Virus record (IMG/VR): IMGVR_UViG_3300006098_000001 | Length of the DNA: 64,000 bases | From: a virus | Reading direction: 5' to 3' (one strand) | Shown: positions 13,694 through 21,233 of the stretch, in pieces | Numbering within the stretch: position 1 is the stretch's first letter | Layout of the letters: every line of letters starts with the position of its first letter | Position numbers and translations under genes: made by a program | The notes under the pieces: generated by a model | Seen by the model: the letters and a program-made list of their open reading frames with translations, nothing else | Database searches by the model: none | What the model was told of the DNA's origin: nothing

Positions 13694-14779
13694 ATGAATA
13701 ACCAAAAAGCATTTCTAGGTATCAACCTAGATTTACTCGAAAATCCAAAATATAAGAATTTAGACTCCCGTGCAATGATGTTGTACGCTCTTTACGCTGA
13801 CCGCTATTCTGCATCAATGAATAACGCTCGTTTAGGGAATACTGCATTCGTTGATGACATGGGAGTCTTTATTCGTTTTACTAATGAATTAGCCGCTAAG
13901 GTACTTCACACAACAGCCAAAATGATTAGCAAATTTCGTAAGCAATTAGAATCAGAGAATTTAATTAAGATTGTTCGTGAAGGACTTAAGGGTTACAAAA
14001 TCTATGTTTACCCAGTTCAACAAACACCAAATAATGTTGAGCTTCTTTTGCCATGGAAAAATCATACCATCACTGTACAAAAGACTATTTCTGACTGGAC
14101 TATTGCATCCAAGCTTGAATTCAGTAAAACTCTTAAATTATCTTCTCAAACCATTGATATGACTGTGAAGTCCCAACGGGAATACACGTGCAACCAAAAA
14201 GGGAATACTAGTTTATCTCACTCTAGTTTATCTCATGTATTTTTAAATAATAATGGATTGGATGATAACGCGCGTACGCGTAAGGAAAATGAAATTCAAC
14301 CCAATCAATCAAACAAGAATCCATATCACTCTTTACCAGAAAAGATAAAGAATTCATTTGGTGATGTATTTGGTTTTATTACAAAGCCTATGGCTATTGA
14401 ACTACATTCTCTAATCAGTCAAGCTAACGAAGACATGGTTAACTACGTAATTACAAGCAGCAAAGGTCATAAGGTTACTAATGCTATCGCATATATCAAA
14501 GCCGCTATTACCAATGCTATTAAACGAGGGGATAAGTGCGCCCAAGATATGATTGACTTTTATAACAACAACGTAAAAACTACGTTCTCTAGTTACAAGA
14601 AAAAGCCAGCAAAGCGTTTTATGTCTGAAGAAGAAGTAAATGCTATGGTTGCAAAAGACGAAGAAGAAATGCGCCAAAACAATCCGAAGCTTTACACTCG
14701 TATACAGGAAATTAAGCGTCGCAGCGCAGAAAAGGCACAGAATCGTCCAGAAATTCCAATCTATAAGCTTGAGTTTTAA
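13694..14779 (+). CDS. RepA_N-type theta-replication initiator with DnaD/DnaB-like C-terminal domain
   Basis: The N-terminus LLENPKYKNLDSRAMMLYALYADRYSASMNN...FIRFTNELAAKVL matches the RepA_N pattern of Firmicute plasmids. The C-terminal MVNYVITSS...AIAYIKAAITNAIKRG resembles the DnaD-type domain. Confidence 0.6.
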   Translation: MNNQKAFLGINLDLLENPKYKNLDSRAMMLYALYADRYSASMNNARLGNTAFVDDMGVFIRFTNELAAKVLHTTAKMISKFRKQLESENLIKIVREGLKGYKIYVYPVQQTPNNVELLLPWKNHTITVQKTISDWTIASKLEFSKTLKLSSQTIDMTVKSQREYTCNQKGNTSLSHSSLSHVFLNNNGLDDNARTRKENEIQPNQSNKNPYHSLPEKIKNSFGDVFGFITKPMAIELHSLISQANEDMVNYVITSSKGHKVTNAIAYIKAAITNAIKRGDKCAQDMIDFYNNNVKTTFSSYKKKPAKRFMSEEEVNAMVAKDEEEMRQNNPKLYTRIQEIKRRSAEKAQNRPEIPIYKLEF

Positions 14780-14796
14780 AACAAATCCAGGATTAT

Positions 14797-14853
14797 AAAA
14801 ACGTTACTGGTAGGTGCAAATCTGTGACTTGCTCATGCTATTTTTGGTAAGAT
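14797..14853 (+). promoter_or_regulatory. promoter class copy 1: conserved 32-bp upstream element + GTGACT-18-TGgTAAGAT
   Basis: AAAAACGTTACTGGTAGGTGCAAATCTGTGAC is shared with 15865 and 39431. Confidence 0.5.
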
Positions 14854-14894
14854 AACCTCCAGAATGTTGATATGACGCCAAACTCAAAAAGGTA

Positions 14895-14997
14895 AGAAAA
14901 TCTACATCTTTTTTTGTTGAAGTGACCACGAAAAGGTGTAGATTTTCTACCGCCTCGACCACGAAAGGGTGTAGATTTTCTTATCAATGCGTGGTCC
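14895..14997. repeat. iteron cluster / candidate oriV
   Basis: GACCACGAAARGGTGTAGATTTTCT occurs twice at 33-bp spacing (14924, 14957). There is an inverted AGAAAATCTACA (14895) and an inverted GACCACGC (about 14990), followed by an AT-rich stretch TTATTAATATATAAATATATAAATAAG. Confidence 0.55.
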
Positions 14998-15101
14998 TTA
15001 TTAATATATAAATATATAAATAAGAAAAGGTATATGAGTAATAGGGAAATAAAAGCCCGCGCGTAGGCGGAGCTTTTCAGAACATATATCACAGGAGGAT
15101 A

Positions 15102-15848
15102 TTGATGAATCTAATCACGAAATACGATAGTTACAAAGAAGGATTGCCAAAAACAGAAATATATGGGATCGTTGACAAGAACATATTCCAAATCAATTTC
15201 GATCTTGAAGTTAATGATAAACTAACCTTTGACGAAATTAGCTTATTTATATATCTGTCTTATATGTCTTCACGAGCAACTATATATAATGGCAAGAGAA
15301 CAGTTATTGGCGCAGATGATGTAAGCCTATATAAACTAATTTATAAAACTAGTAAATTAGCAGGACGTTATCAGGAAAAAATTAGTAAAATCCACAAGTC
15401 ATTAAATCATCTTAAACGTCTTAGACTTATCAAATCGATGTTATACATAGACCGAGAAGATATTATTATACCTGATGTCGAAGATAACTATGGGAGGCTC
15501 TCCCCGGTAACGGTAGAATCAATTATTAAAATCTCTAAGGGCGACGCTTTATTAAAACATATTGGGGTGTATGCTGCTATGAAATCTACTGTTTATGCGG
15601 GAAGCACAAACACCTCTGTAGTTGAAAAAAATTCAAAATATATTGCCCATATGCTAAATACAACTAGTACAACTGTTGACCGACATCTTAAATGGCTGAG
15701 GGATAATAAACTAATTTGTTATTTTCTTTGTGCCTCAGAAAAAGGTACAGTTCGTAAATATTATTATGCCGATCTTCCTGATTGGGAAAATCTAAGAGAT
15801 AATATAAAGACAAAAATCAAAAGGGAACATATTCAATTAATTGCATAA
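15102..15848 (+). CDS. second winged-helix (RepA_N-like) DNA-binding protein
   Basis: Track ORF; LTFDEISLFIYLSYMS and two wHTH-like segments (ISKIHKSLNHLKRLRLIK, STTVDRHLKWLRDNKLI). Confidence 0.4.
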   Translation: MMNLITKYDSYKEGLPKTEIYGIVDKNIFQINFDLEVNDKLTFDEISLFIYLSYMSSRATIYNGKRTVIGADDVSLYKLIYKTSKLAGRYQEKISKIHKSLNHLKRLRLIKSMLYIDREDIIIPDVEDNYGRLSPVTVESIIKISKGDALLKHIGVYAAMKSTVYAGSTNTSVVEKNSKYIAHMLNTTSTTVDRHLKWLRDNKLICYFLCASEKGTVRKYYYADLPDWENLRDNIKTKIKREHIQLIA

Positions 15849-15864
15849 ACAGCTTGACTTTCAA

Positions 15865-15921
15865 AAAAACGTTACCGGTAGATGCAGATCTGTGACCTGC
15901 CCACCGTGTTCTTGGTACAAT
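15865..15921 (+). promoter_or_regulatory. promoter class copy 2: conserved upstream element + GTGACC-18-TGgTACAAT
   Basis: AAAAACGTTACCGGTAGATGCAGATCTGTGAC; contains the palindrome TACCGGTA. Confidence 0.5.
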
Positions 15922-15950
15922 AACACCAGCGAACACGGTTTTTATTTTTT
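15904..15950 (+). terminator. rho-independent terminator whose loop contains the -10 of promoter copy 2
   Basis: CCGTGTTC/GAACACGG stem followed by TTTTTATTTTTT. Confidence 0.65.
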
Positions 15951-16018
15951 AAAAATAATCACAACGAAAATACTAAAATAAATTTATTTGATATAAAGAG
16001 AGGGGATACAAAGACAAG

Positions 16019-16741
16019 GTGAACAAAACACTATTTAAAACTGAATTAATGACGTACAAAGAGAGAAAAGAGAACATTGATAAAGAATTGAACCCCAACT
16101 TCTTTGAGGAATTTAATCGTGATGATATCGATAAGGGTAAGACAATGGCAGAAAGCTATTCGGGCTGGTTCAATGATCGAATTGTTCAATACTTAGTACA
16201 CGGGCGCAATATAGATAATCCCAAGGAAACAGATTATCCATTTTATGCGAGTGATTATGATTATTACAGAACAAGAATGGCTAAAGCCACATTGCTAACT
16301 GCGCAGATTGATGATTGGGTTAATCCGATTATGTCAAAGGATTATGAAATAAAAAATCAGGAAAATAAAAAAGAATATATTGAACGCTTATTTGATACAA
16401 ACAATTTAGAAGTTAATGACTTAAGAAATTTTATTAAATTAGGGCTTCACAAGGATCTGAAAAGGTTAAATTTTGAAGATTATTCTTTTGATTTATTACG
16501 AAATCTGCAAGAATTACAAAAAATTGTTTGGATGGGCTGTACAAAAAACACTGATCAAATATTCTTGAATTATTTTGATGGGAAAAGATCAATTAATGAA
16601 ATAAGCGTTATTTATGGTGTTACTCATCAGAATGTTTCAAAAAAATTAACAAGAATTTGCAAAAATGCCTTAAAAAAGTTGCGCGCACATGAAGGGTGCG
16701 CTTGTCTTAATGAGGAAGTAGATAATAAATTATCTGCTTAG
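16019..16741 (+). CDS. sigma-70-family-like transcription factor (region 4-type HTH at C-terminus)
   Basis: SINEISVIYGVTHQNVSKKLTRICKNALKKLR resembles sigma region 4.2. GTG start (an ATG 10 codons in is an alternative). Confidence 0.4.
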   Translation: MNKTLFKTELMTYKERKENIDKELNPNFFEEFNRDDIDKGKTMAESYSGWFNDRIVQYLVHGRNIDNPKETDYPFYASDYDYYRTRMAKATLLTAQIDDWVNPIMSKDYEIKNQENKKEYIERLFDTNNLEVNDLRNFIKLGLHKDLKRLNFEDYSFDLLRNLQELQKIVWMGCTKNTDQIFLNYFDGKRSINEISVIYGVTHQNVSKKLTRICKNALKKLRAHEGCACLNEEVDNKLSA

Positions 16742-16752
16742 TCGTAAAATAC

Positions 16753-16781
16753 TTGCGTTTGTACCATTTTTCTTCGCGGTT
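16753..16781. repeat. IR-A: TTGCGTTTGTACCATT..TCTTCGCGGTT, inverted partner of 41846-41872
   Basis: 16-nt perfect reverse-complement match plus about 11 further matching positions with small indels. Confidence 0.6.
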
Positions 16782-16801
16782 GTTGCGAACCGCGGAGTTA
16801 T

Positions 16802-16843
16802 GAGGATTAAGGGTATTAGTCAGTTCGACTCTGACATATCCTC
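16802..16843 (+). other. T-arm-like hairpin (GTCAG-TTCGACT-CTGAC) closed by an outer GAGGAT/ATCCTC helix
   Basis: It has the same 7-nt TTCGACT loop as the two minihelices at 25951 and 30639. Confidence 0.35.
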
Positions 16844-16888
16844 ACCGTATAAAATAAACATTTTAACAAGAGAGCGAGAGAGAAAAAT

Positions 16889-17155
16889 ATGTTAAACAAG
16901 AAAGATTTAATTGAAATTATTGCAAAGCAACAAGAAACTACAAAGGTTGAAGCTAAGAAGATTGTGGAAGCCTTTACTGATGGTATCAAGTCAATTATGA
17001 AGGATAACAAGTCAGTAAACATTACAGGCTTTGCTAAGTTTGAAAGTAAGTACAAGGAAGCTTACAAGCGTGTGTTTGGTGTAACTGGTGAATTAATTGA
17101 AGTTCCAGCACATCACGTACACAAGGCAACTTTATCAAAGAAGATTGCTGAATAA
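16889..17155 (+). CDS. HU/IHF-family DNA-binding protein
   Basis: 88 aa with the typical MLNKKDLIEIIAKQ..TKVEAKKIVEAFTDGI..ITGFAKFE pattern. Confidence 0.75.
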   Translation: MLNKKDLIEIIAKQQETTKVEAKKIVEAFTDGIKSIMKDNKSVNITGFAKFESKYKEAYKRVFGVTGELIEVPAHHVHKATLSKKIAE

Positions 17156-17249
17156 TTAAGTTAACAGTTCATCCGTTAGTCCATGGAGCTATAAAAACCC
17201 ACGATCGAATGGGCTGTTGGGTTGGTTAAGCAGTCCGAACTAAATAATG

Positions 17250-17275
17250 TCACACGGAAGCGCTCGTGTGATTTT
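17250..17275 (+). terminator. terminator after the HU-like gene
   Basis: TCACACG/CGTGTGA stem followed by TTTTC. Confidence 0.5.
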
Positions 17276-17392
17276 CAAAGCAGATAATAACCAGTGAAAA
17301 CCTCCTTAATAACAAATAAAAAATGAAACTGAGATTATTGTCTGTTGTGAAAACTACACGAGCGTAAGTTATGTGACGAAGGGGACAATCAT

Positions 17393-17563
17393 ATGAATTT
17401 AGATATTGATGTCGCCCTCAAGAAGCATGTTGAGTTCGTGCTTAGAAAAATGGACGAAATTGAAGCGTGCGAAGAACTATCAATTCATAACATGGCAGAC
17501 CTTGACCGGTATGCTCACATATTAAGAAATCTAGCACAAACTCACGAAGCAATTATGAAGTAG
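17393..17563 (+). CDS. 56-aa hypothetical protein upstream of the terminase genes
   Basis: ATG after AAGGGGA, open for 57 codons (MNLDIDVALKKHVEFVLRKMDEIEACEEL...). Below the track cutoff. Confidence 0.45.
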   Translation: MNLDIDVALKKHVEFVLRKMDEIEACEELSIHNMADLDRYAHILRNLAQTHEAIMK

Positions 17564-17575
17564 AGAGGTGAGTCA

Positions 17576-18352
17576 ATGGCAGGGAAAATATGTGTCATCT
17601 GTGGTAAAGAAAAAAGGTCTAACCAACTTTTAAGACACAAGAACTTATTATTCGACAATGGTTTTTCTATTTGTCGTGATTGTGCCAATACGGTAGCGGA
17701 TTTTAGTAATGAGGATTCGGTTATTGAAATGGCACAATTCGCAAATATTCCCTTTGTCAAGAACCTTTACATCGATGTAAAGAGAACAAGTAAGAATCCT
17801 AATTTTGGAGAATACTTAAAGAAAATAGCTCCGTATAAGAATTTCAAGACCTTCTCTGATTCTGTATTCACAACAGATCATGCCGAGGAAACAGTAAGCA
17901 TTACCCCCGAATTAGAAAGTAGATGGGGTAAGGGATATAACGAAGAAGAATATGCTTATTTTGAGAATGTGCTACAAGGTCTTATTGCAATTAAACCGGC
18001 AACAACGGCATTTGAGATTCAGAGATATGTTGCCAATGTAAAGTTGAAGGACGCATTGGATAAGGCGTTTATGGATGGAGACTCTAAGGCGATCACTGCC
18101 TTACGTAAAGCATATTCAGAAGATTCAAAGGATTTAGGGTTTGACGCTGTACTTAGTGGGAATGATGACAGTGGAAAGACGTTGGGTCAAAGAATTCAAG
18201 GTTGGGAACTTAGTGAACCTGTTCCAGATAGCGATAAATACGAAGACGCTGCTGGCCTAAAGAAGTACATTGAAAAATGGTTCGTGATTCCTATGAAGAG
18301 AACCTTTGGTGTCGCCTCTGAAAAGGAGGTTGAAAGTCTATATGAAGACTGA
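17576..18352 (+). CDS. putative small terminase subunit (Cys4 zinc-ribbon N-terminus)
   Basis: Position directly upstream of and overlapping terL; CVICG...CRDC motif. Confidence 0.45.
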   Translation: MAGKICVICGKEKRSNQLLRHKNLLFDNGFSICRDCANTVADFSNEDSVIEMAQFANIPFVKNLYIDVKRTSKNPNFGEYLKKIAPYKNFKTFSDSVFTTDHAEETVSITPELESRWGKGYNEEEYAYFENVLQGLIAIKPATTAFEIQRYVANVKLKDALDKAFMDGDSKAITALRKAYSEDSKDLGFDAVLSGNDDSGKTLGQRIQGWELSEPVPDSDKYEDAAGLKKYIEKWFVIPMKRTFGVASEKEVESLYED

Positions 18353-18626
18353 AAAGACACAACAAAAGTCTAGCTATTTTGAAAAACGAGAACGCAACCT
18401 GATGAAATGGGTTGGATATTGGCGAAGAAACCCACAGATATTCGTAAAAGATTATCTTGGAGTTAACCTGAAGCCTTATCAGAAATTGTTGTTTTACATG
18501 ATGAATAAGGTTGATTTCTTCATGTATATTGCGGCGAGAGGTCAGGGAAAAAGTTTCCTTATTGCTTTGTACTGTATTGTCCGGTGTATTTTATATCCTG
18601 GAACAAAAATAGTATTGGCTTCAGGT
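18342..18626 (+). CDS. terL: terminase large subunit, exon 1 (Walker A)
   Basis: AAGGAGG RBS and ATG at 18342; YIAARGQGKSF Walker A. The frame runs into a stop at 18716 unless spliced. The 3' boundary is inferred. Confidence 0.6.
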
Positions 18627-19748
18627 AAAAAAGAAACGTATATATTTTGGGAGGATACATATCGTAAGAGTAATGAAGAGATGGACCGTAGAGGAAGAGA
18701 AGTTCCTCAAGGATAATTACGGGAAAATGACATGCCGAGAAATAGGCGATTGTTTGGAGAGATCTGTAGGATCTATAAGAAAACATCTTCCATATTTAGG
18801 CTTAAGGCGATCAAGATACAAATACAGCTTTAATGCTTCGTATTTCAATACAATTGATACGCCAGAAAAAGCATATTGGCTAGGATTCATTGCTGCTGAT
18901 GGATGCATTATAGATACAAGCTCTGAAAAGGGTTCACAGAAGCGTCTTAAAATTGGGTTACAAAAAAGTGATGATGAACACCTTAAAAAATTCAGAGAAT
19001 GTATTAACGGAAATCACCCAATTACATACTATGAATCAGTAAACAAAAAGCGAAATATTTGTTCTGAAGAATGTCAAATCGTTATTTATTCAGCAAGCAT
19101 GGTTGAGGATTTAGAGAGACTTGGATTATATCCAAGAAAAACATATTCTTTGCCATTCCCAACAGAAGAGCAAGTTTCTATAGGACTTATGCCACATTAC
19201 ATTCGAGGTTTTATAGATGGAGATGGAGCTTTTACTTCGCGTATCCGTAATGATCGTAATAGGCGCGTTGCCGAGTTTACAGTTACGGGTGCAGATAAAT
19301 CGTTCTTATTTGCTATGAAACAATTTTTTGAGTCTACGTTAGATGTACGTGTGGGATTATATGGGAAGTCTGATGGTAATTGGCGAATAACATCGTCTGC
19401 CATCTCTGATGTTTTAAAAATATTAGATTACGCATATAAGGCTGAAGGAATTACTTATAATTCAGTACTCAATAGAAAATACCTAAAATATATACGATCA
19501 AGAAAAGAATTTGCCGTCTGTGTTGGCAACAATACAGATAATAAACCCGGAAAAAGCTGGAAGCCTAAACTTGATATAAGCATGGTAATCAGAGCGGAAG
19601 GTCGCGAGAAAGCGAACACGTGCAGAGCATAGATTCTGAAATAATGAATCCACGAGGCCGGGTCATCTCTCAGAGATGAAAAGATATGCCGAGCTTATGA
19701 GAAATCATAAGAAGTAGAGGATAAAAAGCCTTTACGATAACAAAACTG
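18627..19748 (+). mobile_element. group I-type intron with homing-endonuclease ORF interrupting terL (boundaries approximate)
   Basis: The Walker A and Walker B halves of terL are separated by 1.1 kb holding a LAGLIDADG ORF in another frame. Splicing after U18626 and after G19748 gives in-frame ...IVLASG/TRSQAANIISQKI... The ~115 nt after the ORF look structured. Confidence 0.55.
18673..19632 (+). CDS. double-motif LAGLIDADG homing endonuclease with N-terminal Myb/SANT-like HTH
   Basis: YWLGFIAADGCI and YIRGFIDGDGAF motifs. Confidence 0.75.
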   Translation: MKRWTVEEEKFLKDNYGKMTCREIGDCLERSVGSIRKHLPYLGLRRSRYKYSFNASYFNTIDTPEKAYWLGFIAADGCIIDTSSEKGSQKRLKIGLQKSDDEHLKKFRECINGNHPITYYESVNKKRNICSEECQIVIYSASMVEDLERLGLYPRKTYSLPFPTEEQVSIGLMPHYIRGFIDGDGAFTSRIRNDRNRRVAEFTVTGADKSFLFAMKQFFESTLDVRVGLYGKSDGNWRITSSAISDVLKILDYAYKAEGITYNSVLNRKYLKYIRSRKEFAVCVGNNTDNKPGKSWKPKLDISMVIRAEGREKANTCRA

Positions 19749-21218
19749 ACAAGAAGCCAAGCTGCAAATATCATTTCACAAAAGATAGTGGACTTTTACG
19801 ATCAATCAGCAGCAGTTCGATACGAAATAGGTTACAAGAAGGACCATATTAAAACGACGGTCAATGAGGCAAAGGTTGAGTTTAAGAATGGATCGAGGAT
19901 CTTTGCCGCTACATCTGGTGAAAGTGCTCGTGGTTTACGTTGTAATATCTTAATCTGTGACGAATTTCGTCTGATTAAGAAAGAAACATTGGATAAGATT
20001 CTAAAACCGATGCTTAACGTTTACCGCCAGCCACCATATTTATCGAAACCAGAATATAGTCACTTAAAGCGAGAGGAAAACAAACAGATTTACATTTCTT
20101 CTGCTTGGTATAAGTCGCATTGGATATGGGACGAATTCAAGAGCTATTTTAAGAAAATGACCAATTCGGATAAGCGTTATTTCGTTTCAATTCTCCCATA
20201 TCAATTATCGGTTAAGAGCGGATTACTTTCACAGAGTGCGGTTGATGCCGAAAGAACGAGTGACACATTCGATCAAACGAGTTTTGATATGGAATATGAA
20301 ACTATATTTGTTGGTGAAAATGATAAAGCCTACTTCAAGCTTGATCCATTAAACAAGATTAGAACGGTGGGAAAGACGTTTAGACCTCCAACTAATCAAG
20401 AATTCGTTGAAAATCAACATAGATCAAAACCAAGAACGTTGTCGAATTTCAAACGTGTCGATAAAGTAAATGAAATTAGAATAGTAGCCCTTGATATTGC
20501 CTTAATGGGTGGAAATAAGCTCGTTAAGAACGATACATCAGCATTTACGTTGATGAGGTTAATTCGTGAGGGTGATGAATATAAGCGCCAGGTTGTCTAT
20601 TTGGAAAGTATTCAAGAGTCAATTTCTTCGGAGAACTTAGCTATTCGTTTAAAACAACTATATTACGACTTTGAAGCCGATTATGTAGTTATGGATGCGA
20701 ATGGTAATGGGTTAGGAGTATTTGATGCTTGTACAACCGTCCTTACAGATAAAGATCGTGATATAGAATATCCAGCCTGGGCTTGTATCAATGATGACGA
20801 AACAAACGATAGAACAAAAACTAAGGGAATTAAATGTGTATATACGGTTAAGGCAAATGCGGCTTTCAACCACGAAATTGCAGTTTCCCTAAAGAATGTC
20901 ATTGAATCTGGAAAACTCAGATTACCTATGAATGACATTCAAAAGCGCGAAGAATTACAGGAAGATAAGGAATATCGAAAGTTGCCGGCCGAAGAACAAA
21001 TTAAGGTCTTATATCCATATGTTCAAGCGACTGCATTGGTCAACGAGTTGGTAAACCTTGAATATACCGTTAGAACTGGATATATCAAGATTTACGAAGT
21101 CGGAACCACAACAAAAGATAGGTATAGTTCGATCGCCTACTGTAATTATTACGCGAATGAATTAGAAAAAGATTTAAAAGAAGAAGCAGCTGACAATTTT
21201 AGCTACTTTATGATCTAA
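19749..21218 (+). CDS. terL: terminase large subunit, exon 2 (Walker B and nuclease domain)
   Basis: The frame is open from 19725. RCNILICDEF is the Walker B. The track ORF 19788..21218 is the same frame. Confidence 0.6.
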   Translation, partial: TRSQAANIISQKIVDFYDQSAAVRYEIGYKKDHIKTTVNEAKVEFKNGSRIFAATSGESARGLRCNILICDEFRLIKKETLDKILKPMLNVYRQPPYLSKPEYSHLKREENKQIYISSAWYKSHWIWDEFKSYFKKMTNSDKRYFVSILPYQLSVKSGLLSQSAVDAERTSDTFDQTSFDMEYETIFVGENDKAYFKLDPLNKIRTVGKTFRPPTNQEFVENQHRSKPRTLSNFKRVDKVNEIRIVALDIALMGGNKLVKNDTSAFTLMRLIREGDEYKRQVVYLESIQESISSENLAIRLKQLYYDFEADYVVMDANGNGLGVFDACTTVLTDKDRDIEYPAWACINDDETNDRTKTKGIKCVYTVKANAAFNHEIAVSLKNVIESGKLRLPMNDIQKREELQEDKEYRKLPAEEQIKVLYPYVQATALVNELVNLEYTVRTGYIKIYEVGTTTKDRYSSIAYCNYYANELEKDLKEEAADNFSYFMI

Positions 21219-21233
21219 ATAGGCGGTGGAGTT

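Noticed and set aside
14838-15092. 84-aa minus-strand ORF with repeated KSTPFRG peptide
   Set aside because: The repeats are the translated iterons (GACCACGAAARGGTGTAGATTTTCT). There is no RBS, and the region is better explained as an origin.
18627-19748. Intein in the large terminase
   Set aside because: The LAGLIDADG ORF is in a different frame from both terL halves, and the exon 1 frame hits a stop at 18716. Only RNA splicing can restore the gene.
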